Under the pieces are notes generated by a model that saw only the letters and a list, made by a program, of their open reading frames with translations, ran no database searches and was not told the origin of the DNA. Positions 57,422-64,000 of a DNA stretch of 64,000 nt are shown here, piece after piece (the first letter of the stretch is position 1; the number at the start of each line of letters is the position of its first letter). This stretch comes from an uncultured Gemmatimonadales bacterium (lineage in GTDB: Bacteria > Gemmatimonadota > Gemmatimonadetes > Longimicrobiales > RSA9), in contig OY970192.1 in NCBI GenBank assembly GCA_963708135.1, forward strand, positions 128,001 through 192,000, given 5' to 3'. The position numbers and the translations under genes were made by a program.

Positions 57422-58750
57422 CTAGCGGCCGGCCCCCTCCACGAACGCGGCGATGTCGTCCAGCACCTTCCCGGCGACGTGCTTCCGCTCGGACATGTAC
57501 TCGGACGGCGTCGCCTTGCCGGTTCCCGCCATGAAGAGGTGGCTCAGGTCGGGGTAGAGGTGGAAGGCGACGTTCTTCCGCGAGCCGAGCGCCTGCTTCC
57601 AGAGCGCCAGGTCCTTCTCCGTCACCTGGTAGTCCCGGCCGCCCTGGAGGAAGAGCATCGGCGCCGTCACCTTCCTCGCGAACGCGATGGCATCCCGCTT
57701 CTCCAGGTCGTAGTAGTAGCTGGCCGGGGCGCCCATCGCCACGGAGTCCGCGGGCACCTCGTGGCGCTCGAGCCTGGCCATCAACGCCCGCACGTCCGCG
57801 AGCTGCTTCTGAGCCTCCGGGGACTGGTTGTCCGGCAGCGTGCCAATGTAGCCGAGCTGCTCCGAGACCAGCTCCTCCAGCTTCCGCGGCGAGCCCGCCA
57901 TCACGATGACGCCGGCCAGGTGGCCGTCGCGGTCGGCGATCTCGGGCGCCAGCATCCCGCCCAGTGAGTGGCCGAGCAGGAAGACGCGGGCGGGGTCCAC
58001 GCCCGCCTCATGGCGCACCCTGCCCAGCGCGGCGAGCGCGTCGACGATCGTCTCCTCGTCCACCGTGATCGGCCCCTTCATCTGCGCGCCGTACGCGTGC
58101 GTCCGCTTCTCGTAGCGGAGCACCGCGACGCCTTTCGTGGCCAGCCCCCAGGCCAGGTCGTGGAACGGCTGGTTCGGGCCGATCGTCTCGTTCTCGTCCT
58201 GCGGACCCGAGCCGTGCACCAGCACCACGACCGGCGCGGCCGCCGCGCCCTTGGGCAGCGTCAGCGTCGCCTTCAGCGGGTACTCCTTCGTGCCCACCGT
58301 GAGCTCCCGCTCCGTGAATTTCGCGGTGTCCACGTAGGCCGGCGCCTCGTACGCCGGCGGCGCCGGCGGCAGCACGAAGTAGCCGCCCACCCGGTGGTCG
58401 CCGTCCACGGCCACGCGGAAGCGGAGCTTCTGCGGGCCGAAGCTCGCCGCGAGGTCCACCACGTGGTAGCCGCCCGCCTCCTGAACCTGCTCCACCGCGA
58501 CGGCGCCCAGCGGGCCCGCCGCGCCGAGCTGCTTCCAGATCGCCTCCAGCTTCCCCTCGCCCAGCGCCGACGCCGTCTCCGGCGCGAGCATCGACTCCGC
58601 ACCCTTGAAGTCGCCCGCCTCCTGCTTGCGGATGAATGACTCCGCCGCCCGCGTCCACTCCGTCTCCATGGCCTGCGCCGCGATGGCCCCGGGCACCGTC
58701 CCCGCCCCGAGCACCAGGCCCGCGATGGTGGTCCTGAGCAAGCTCCGCAT
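57422..58750 (-). CDS. Secreted alpha/beta hydrolase with N-terminal DUF3887-like domain
   Basis: Signal peptide, HGSGPQD, GHSLG nucleophile, QGGRDYQV and LSHLF motifs. Confidence 0.88.
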   Translation of the reverse strand: MRSLLRTTIAGLVLGAGTVPGAIAAQAMETEWTRAAESFIRKQEAGDFKGAESMLAPETASALGEGKLEAIWKQLGAAGPLGAVAVEQVQEAGGYHVVDLAASFGPQKLRFRVAVDGDHRVGGYFVLPPAPPAYEAPAYVDTAKFTERELTVGTKEYPLKATLTLPKGAAAAPVVVLVHGSGPQDENETIGPNQPFHDLAWGLATKGVAVLRYEKRTHAYGAQMKGPITVDEETIVDALAALGRVRHEAGVDPARVFLLGHSLGGMLAPEIADRDGHLAGVIVMAGSPRKLEELVSEQLGYIGTLPDNQSPEAQKQLADVRALMARLERHEVPADSVAMGAPASYYYDLEKRDAIAFARKVTAPMLFLQGGRDYQVTEKDLALWKQALGSRKNVAFHLYPDLSHLFMAGTGKATPSEYMSERKHVAGKVLDDIAAFVEGAGR

Positions 58751-58763
58751 GGTGACATGCTCC

Positions 58764-58787
58764 ATATTTAGAAGGTGGTCTAAATAT
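58764..58787. promoter_or_regulatory. Perfect inverted repeat ATATTTAGA-N6-TCTAAATAT (operator-like)
   Basis: AT-rich 9-bp arms in a very GC-rich context, about 14 bp upstream of the hydrolase start. Confidence 0.7.
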
Positions 58788-59144
58788 CTGGCGTCGAGGG
58801 GTTCGGGGCAAGGGGCTCGGAGGGTCGAGCGAGCGCTGAGCCCGTATGTCGGGGCAAGCGCTCGGTCCGGGGGAGGAGTCGCCGCGAGAGGCGGCGTTCT
58901 CGGCAATATCGTCCTCCCGCCGGGGCCGGGCGGTGTGGCGAGCCGCCCCGGACCGCGTGGGGCCAGCTTCCCTCGAGTCTCCGAAGCGAGTGGCGCAAGT
59001 TGTTGTGCCCGAACGTCCTGGCGCCGAGCGTCGGCCTGCCGGCTCAGACGGCGGGCGCGGGTGTGCTTCCTGCCCCGTCAGAGCGTGACGATCCGCCCGC
59101 CGCCGGATTGGGTTCGGCGGCGGCACTCTCCAGGGAGGCGAACC

Positions 59145-60203
59145 ATGAAGAAGATCGGCGCGGTCCTGCTCCTCGCCTCGCTCGCGGCGGCGTGCGGTCA
59201 GGGCGAGCGTCCGCGCGCGGCGCGGACAGGCGTCCCCGCGCTCGCGGCGACGGAGCTCCAGGGGTACGAGGCGCTGCCGGCGGTGATCGAGTCCTCGCGG
59301 AACCCGGTGACCGCGGAGAAGGTGGCGCTGGGTCGGATGCTCTACTTCGACACGCGCCTTTCGGCCCACGGCGACGTCTCTTGCTACGTGTGCCACCCGC
59401 TGCACGACTACGGCACCTCGCACCGGGCGCGCGGGGTGGGCGACGAGCACCAGCAGGGCGGGAGGAACGAGCCCACCGTGTACAACGCGGCCGGGCACGT
59501 GGCGCAGTTCTGGGATGGGCGGGCGCCGGACGTGGAGGCGCAGGCGCTCGGCCCGGTGCTGAACCCGGTGGAGATGGGCATGTCGAGCGGGGCGCTGGTG
59601 GTGTCGCGGCTGAAGGCGATCCCGGGTTACGAGGCGGCGTTCCGGGCGGCGTTCCCGGGCGAGGCGGATCCGATGACGTTCGAGAACTTCGGCCGTGCGG
59701 TCGGGGCGTTCGAGCGGGGGCTGGTCACGCCGTCGCGGTGGGATGACTACGTGGCGGGCGACCACACGGCGCTTACGGCCCGCGAGGTGGCGGGCTTCCG
59801 GGAGTTCGCGAGCACGGGGTGCGGCTCCTGCCACGGAGGCCGGTACGTGGGCGGCGGGGCCTACCAGAAGCTGGGGCTGGTGAGGGCATGGCCGGGGCTC
59901 ACGGATCCGGGGCGTTTCCAGGTCACGGGGCAGGCGGCGGACCGCGGGGTGTTCAAGGTGGCGTCGCTGCGCAACGTGGAGGAGACGTGGCCGTACTTCC
60001 ACGACGGCTCGGTGCAGCGGCTCGAGGACGCGGTGCGGCTGATGGCGCGCCATCAGCTCGGCCGGGATCTGACGGACGCGCAGGTGACGTCGATCGTGGC
60101 GTGGCTGAAGACGCTGACGGGCCGGATCCCCGAGTCCTACATCCAGGAGCCGGTGCTGCCGGCCTCGGTGCCGCAGTCGCCGCTGCCGTTCGCGGGCGGC
60201 TGA
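59145..60203 (+). CDS. Di-heme cytochrome c peroxidase (lipoprotein)
   Basis: Lipobox AAAC, CYVCH, QFWDGRA, NPVEM, CGSCH and FKVASLRNV..TWPYFHDG. Confidence 0.92.
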   Translation: MKKIGAVLLLASLAAACGQGERPRAARTGVPALAATELQGYEALPAVIESSRNPVTAEKVALGRMLYFDTRLSAHGDVSCYVCHPLHDYGTSHRARGVGDEHQQGGRNEPTVYNAAGHVAQFWDGRAPDVEAQALGPVLNPVEMGMSSGALVVSRLKAIPGYEAAFRAAFPGEADPMTFENFGRAVGAFERGLVTPSRWDDYVAGDHTALTAREVAGFREFASTGCGSCHGGRYVGGGAYQKLGLVRAWPGLTDPGRFQVTGQAADRGVFKVASLRNVEETWPYFHDGSVQRLEDAVRLMARHQLGRDLTDAQVTSIVAWLKTLTGRIPESYIQEPVLPASVPQSPLPFAGG

Positions 60204-60314
60204 GCGGATAGCCGGCCGGGCGCGTGGGCGGGGCGGTGAGAGCTGGCCGGGGCGCCGGTCTGCGGCGGAGGCGAGCCGCCGGCCGGCGCCCGGTGCGCGC
60301 GGCGGCGGCGTCGC

Positions 60315-61997
60315 CTACTCGTCCTTCATGAGGATGGTCACGGCGAGGGCGACGCCGCCGCCGGCGGCGAGGATGAAGGCGAGGATCGCGAAGCCGGGGT
60401 AGCCGAAGAGCTGGAAGCGCGTCTCGACGCGCATGAGCATTGCGGCGCCCACGATGAGGGCGGCGAGCAGCAGCCCGAGGGTGATGCGGTTGGCGATCTT
60501 CTGGAGCCCGGCCATGAGCCGGGCTTCGTCGATGGCGTGGACGCGGAGCTCGAGGCGGTTGCCGACGGCGGCGTCGAGCAGGCGGTTGAGGCGGCCGGGC
60601 AGCTCCTCGACGAGCTCGCTCATCTGGAGGGCGTGGGAGAGGACGTTGCCGGGGGAGAGGCCCTTGAGCATGCGGCGTCGCATGGTCTCGGCGGCGTGGC
60701 GGCGGATGGCGGCGTCGGTGTCGAAGGTCGGGTCGAGGCTGCGGGCGACCCGGTCGAGGTCGAGGAGCGTCTTGCCGAGGAGGGCGAGCTCGGGGGGCAG
60801 TCGGAGCCCGTCGCGGGCGGCGATGCGCGAGAGCTGGAGCACGACGCGGCCGGCCTGCAGCTCCTCGGTGGGCGAGGCGTGGAATCGTGCGACGAGGCCG
60901 GCGAGGTCGCTGCGGGCGCGGCGCTCGTCGAAGCCCTCGGTACGCTCGGCCATCTCGAGGACGACGTCGGCGGCGGCGTCGGACTCGCCCTCGCCAAGCG
61001 CGAGGAGCACCCGCAGCAGGCGGTCCTGGAGGCGCGAGGTGACGTGCGCCATCATGCCGAGGTCGAGCAGGGCGAGACGGCCGTCGTCGGTGAGGAAGAC
61101 GTTGCCGGGGTGCGGGTCGGCGTGGAAGAAGCCATCGACGAGGATCTGCTGGAGGTAGGCGCGGAAGAGGTCGTCGGCCAGCCGGTGGCCGTCGAGCTCG
61201 AGCCGGCGGAGCGGCGAGAGGGCGGTCACCTTGCGGCCTCGCACGAGGTCCATGGTCAGGACCCGCGAGGTGGTGTAGTCCTGGACGGGCGCCGGCACCA
61301 CGATGCTCTCGAACTCGGCCAGGTTGCGGCCGAGCATCACGAGGTTCGCGGCCTCCTGCCGGTAGTCGAGCTCGCGCACGATGGCGCGGCGGAACTGCTC
61401 CATCGCTTCCGCCACGGCGTAGCGGCGGCCGATCTCGCTGTGCTCCTGCATGAACGCGGCGATCTCGCCGAGCGCCTCGAGGTCGTCGTGCACGGTCTGG
61501 CGGATGCCGGGGCGCTGGACCTTCACGGCGACGGCGCGCCCGTCGCGCAGCGTCGCCCGGTGCACCTGCCCGAGCGAGGCCGCGGCCATGGGCTCGCGGT
61601 CGAAGAAGGCGAAGGCGCGGTCCACGGGGACGCCGAGCTCCTCCTCGACGATGCGCTCGGCCTCCTCGCCCGGGAACGGCCGGGCGCTGTCCTGGAGCGG
61701 CTCGAGCGCGCGCGTGTAGGGCTCCGGCAGCAGGTTGTGGCGGGTGGAGAGCAGCTGCCCGAGCTTGATATAGGTCGGCCCCAGGGCCTCCAGGTCCTCG
61801 GCCAGCGACGCGGCCTCCACTTCCGCCGCGCGGACCTCCGCCGCCACGGGCTCCTCGCCCTCCGCGAACACCTCCTCCAGCCCGGCGTGCGCGATCAGGT
61901 CGGCGCGGCCGTGGCGGGCGAGCAGGAGCGCGATGTCCTTGTAGCGCTTGAGGTGCGCCGGGTTGACGGCCACGATGCCTCCGGCGTGCCGCGGCAC
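60315..61997 (-). CDS. ABC1/UbiB/AarF-family atypical kinase
   Basis: LGPTYIKLGQLLSTR, AASLGQVH, VAVKVQRP, FHADPHPGN and DLG motifs. Confidence 0.92.
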   Translation of the reverse strand: MPRHAGGIVAVNPAHLKRYKDIALLLARHGRADLIAHAGLEEVFAEGEEPVAAEVRAAEVEAASLAEDLEALGPTYIKLGQLLSTRHNLLPEPYTRALEPLQDSARPFPGEEAERIVEEELGVPVDRAFAFFDREPMAAASLGQVHRATLRDGRAVAVKVQRPGIRQTVHDDLEALGEIAAFMQEHSEIGRRYAVAEAMEQFRRAIVRELDYRQEAANLVMLGRNLAEFESIVVPAPVQDYTTSRVLTMDLVRGRKVTALSPLRRLELDGHRLADDLFRAYLQQILVDGFFHADPHPGNVFLTDDGRLALLDLGMMAHVTSRLQDRLLRVLLALGEGESDAAADVVLEMAERTEGFDERRARSDLAGLVARFHASPTEELQAGRVVLQLSRIAARDGLRLPPELALLGKTLLDLDRVARSLDPTFDTDAAIRRHAAETMRRRMLKGLSPGNVLSHALQMSELVEELPGRLNRLLDAAVGNRLELRVHAIDEARLMAGLQKIANRITLGLLLAALIVGAAMLMRVETRFQLFGYPGFAILAFILAAGGGVALAVTILMKDE

Positions 61998-62061
61998 GCG
62001 TCAAGGTCCGCCCGGGCGCCCCCGCGGCGCCCGGTCCCGGGGGTCCGTTGGGCGAAACCCG

Positions 62062-62268
62062 TGCCGGGCGGCGGCTGCGGGTTGCCTCGCGTCCTTCGCG
62101 CGCCTCACCAGCCGGGCGGCGAACCGCGGGTTGCCTCGCGTCCTTCGCGCGCCTCACCTGCCGGGCGGCGAACCGCGGGTTGCCTCGCGTCCTTCGCGCG
62201 CCTCACCTGCCGGGCGGCGAACCGCGGGTTGCCTCGCGTCCTTCGCGCGCCTCACCTGCCGGGCGGCG
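62062..62268. repeat. 49-bp tandem repeat x4
   Basis: GCGGGTTGCCTCGCGTCCTTCGCGCGCCTCACC(T/A)GCCGGGCGGCGAACC at 62077, 62126, 62175 and 62224. Confidence 0.93.
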
Positions 62269-62423
62269 CTCCGGCGGGGAGGCCCTCTCCGGCCCTGCGG
62301 AACGCTCGGCCCTCCCCCGGCCCCACTCCTCCACCGGCCACCCCCCTGCCTCGCGGACGGCAGTCCTCGGTCCTCCGAGGGCCTCCCCACCTGCGCGATC
62401 GTCCATGGGCGCGAGTCGCGCCT

Positions 62424-62604
62424 GGCGCATCGAACCGCCGGATCGTGCTCGGAGCCCGGGAGGTTCTGGCGCTTGTGTGCGCCCGGCGCATCGAACCGCC
62501 GGGTCGTGCTCGGAGCCCGGGAGGTTTTGGCGCTTGTGTGCGCCCGGCGCATCGAACCGCCGGATCGTGCTCGGAGCCCGGGAGGTTTTGGCGCTTGTGT
62601 GCGC
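62424..62604. repeat. 61-bp tandem repeat x3
   Basis: GGCGCATCGAACCGCCGG...GGCGCTTGTGTGCGC at 62424, 62485 and 62546. Confidence 0.93.
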
Positions 62605-62630
62605 AAAAGCATGGGACCGGGCTCGGACTC

Positions 62631-62738
62631 GCAAACGCAAGCGCAAACGCAAGCGCAAACGCAAGCGCAAGCGCAAACGCAAGCGCAAACGCAAGCGCAA
62701 ACGTAAGCGCAAACGTAAACGCAAACGCAAGCGCAAAC
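62631..62738. repeat. GCAAAC/GCAAGC hexamer tract (18 units)
   Basis: Directly visible; flanked by CGGACTCGCA direct repeats. Confidence 0.93.
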
Positions 62739-62912
62739 CGGACTCGCACAACGCACCCGGACCCGGACCCGCACCCGCACCCGCACACGGACCCCGCACC
62801 CGGCACCCCGCGTCGGGGGCGGGAAGGGCGGTGTGGCGTCAGCCGGTGTTGCCGCGCCAGGTCCCCTCGGCGCACTTTCGGCGAACATCGATCCTCCAGC
62901 CGCCGGGTGGGA

Positions 62913-64000
62913 ATGCCGAGTCGTCCGATCGCACACGTCGTCGCCGCGGAGCTCTCGCTGACCGTGCCGCAGGTCGAGCGCACGCTCGAGCTGTTTGGGG
63001 CGGGCAACACGCTGCCGTTCATCGCGCGCTACCGGAAGGAGGCGACGGGGGGGCTGGACGAGGTGCAGCTGCGTGACGTGCGGGACCGCGCCGCCTACCT
63101 GGAGGAGCTGGACGCGCGACGGGCGGCGATCCTGGAGTCGGTCGCGGCGCAGGGGAAGCTGGACGCGGCGCTGCGGGAGCGGCTCGAGCGGGCGACGACG
63201 AAGCAGGAGCTGGAAGACCTCTACCTCCCGTACCGGCCGAAGCGGCGCACGCGAGCGACGATCGCGCGGGAGCGCGGACTTGAGCCGCTGGCGGAGCTGC
63301 TCTGGGCCGGGGGGGCGGGGGAGCGCGAGGCGCGCGAGGCGGCGGCGTCGCATGTGGATCCGGAGAAGGGGGTGCCGGATGTGGAGTCGGCGCTCCAGGG
63401 GGCGCGCGACATCCTTTCGGAGCGGGTGGCGGAGGACGCGGGGCTGCGCGGGTGGGCGCGGACGCTCACGCGGGCGAAGGGGGTGGTGCGCTCGCGCGTG
63501 GCGAAGGGAAAGGAGGCGGAGGGCGCCAAGTTCCGGGACTACTTCGAGTACGAGGAGCCGCTGGCGCGGATCCCGTCGCACCGGGTGCTGGCGCTCCGGC
63601 GAGGCGAGTCGGAGGGGGTGCTGTCGTGGGGGATCGAGGGGCCGGCGGATGAGCTGGCGGCGGGGATCCGGCGGCGCGTCGTGGCCGAGCGGCGCGCGCG
63701 GGAGCAGATGGAGCGGGTGGCGGACGATGCGTACGCGCGGCTGCTCGGGCCTTCGATCGCGGGGGAGCTGCGGGGGGAGCTCCGGGCGGCGGCGGACGAG
63801 GACGCGATCGCCATCTTCGGCCGCAACCTCGAGCAGCTGCTGCTGGCTCCGCCGGCCGGCGAGCGGGTGGTGCTCGGGCTTGACCCGGGCTACCGCACGG
63901 GGGTGAAGGCGGCGGTGGTCTCGCGCACGGGGGCGGTGCTCGAGACGGACACGCTCTACCTGCACCGGGAGGCGGCGTTCGCGACGGGGGTGCGGCGGCT
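62913..64000 (+). CDS. tex: Tex-family transcription accessory protein (3' truncated by window edge)
   Basis: Manual translation, absent from the ORF track: GNTLPFIARYRKEATGGLDEVQ, LEDLYLPYRPKRRTRA, SHRVLALRRGE and GLDPGYRTGVK. Confidence 0.93.
   Translation, partial: MPSRPIAHVVAAELSLTVPQVERTLELFGAGNTLPFIARYRKEATGGLDEVQLRDVRDRAAYLEELDARRAAILESVAAQGKLDAALRERLERATTKQELEDLYLPYRPKRRTRATIARERGLEPLAELLWAGGAGEREAREAAASHVDPEKGVPDVESALQGARDILSERVAEDAGLRGWARTLTRAKGVVRSRVAKGKEAEGAKFRDYFEYEEPLARIPSHRVLALRRGESEGVLSWGIEGPADELAAGIRRRVVAERRAREQMERVADDAYARLLGPSIAGELRGELRAAADEDAIAIFGRNLEQLLLAPPAGERVVLGLDPGYRTGVKAAVVSRTGAVLETDTLYLHREAAFATGVRR

Noticed and set aside
62062..62604. CRISPR array
   Set aside because: Units are head-to-tail with no unique spacers, and there are no cas genes in the window.
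62048..63076. ORFs with poly-(RK), poly-(LR) or poly-(QA/QT) tracts
   Set aside because: These are translations of the non-coding hexamer tract; the real gene is tex from 62913.

Overview
Very GC-rich bacterial chromosomal window. The lineage is probably Gemmatimonadota-like, inferred from the protein families and repeat style, not proven. In order it contains: (1) an OPT transporter, M20 peptidase, DUF819 protein, a hypothetical and a secreted beta-helix/PA14 protein; (2) an 8-gene minus-strand sulfur operon: FeS-NrfD fusion, Tat-less DMSO-reductase-family Mo enzyme, TorD-type chaperone, DsrE2, TusA, CstB-type persulfide dioxygenase, tandem rhodanese and TauE. This is a cst-like persulfide toolkit with a Mo:quinone oxidoreductase where SQR would normally sit, and it is the best candidate for an undescribed system; (3) PRTase, Fet4-like permease and a ClC; (4) a PoxB-like TPP enzyme, YdiJ-like FAD/FeS dehydrogenase and DUF296, divergent from (5) a complete alternative complex III (actA-G, with a +1 frameshift in actB) plus A2-type caa3 oxidase operon; (6) a PaoABC/YagTSR-like Mo hydroxylase bracketed by two inverted 15-bp tandem arrays; (7) an accessory, decaying region at about 43-51 kb with an orphan toxin/translocon-like protein, small co-oriented genes, two SnoaL/NTF2 remnants and an integron-type integrase fragment; (8) AsmA-like, feoB-Cys-rich-feoA with a Fur-like box, an alpha/beta hydrolase, cytochrome c peroxidase, an ABC1/UbiB kinase, a compound repeat region and the 5' part of tex. 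I recognised no rRNA, tRNA or CRISPR array. All calls come from motif recognition by eye; no database searches were run.
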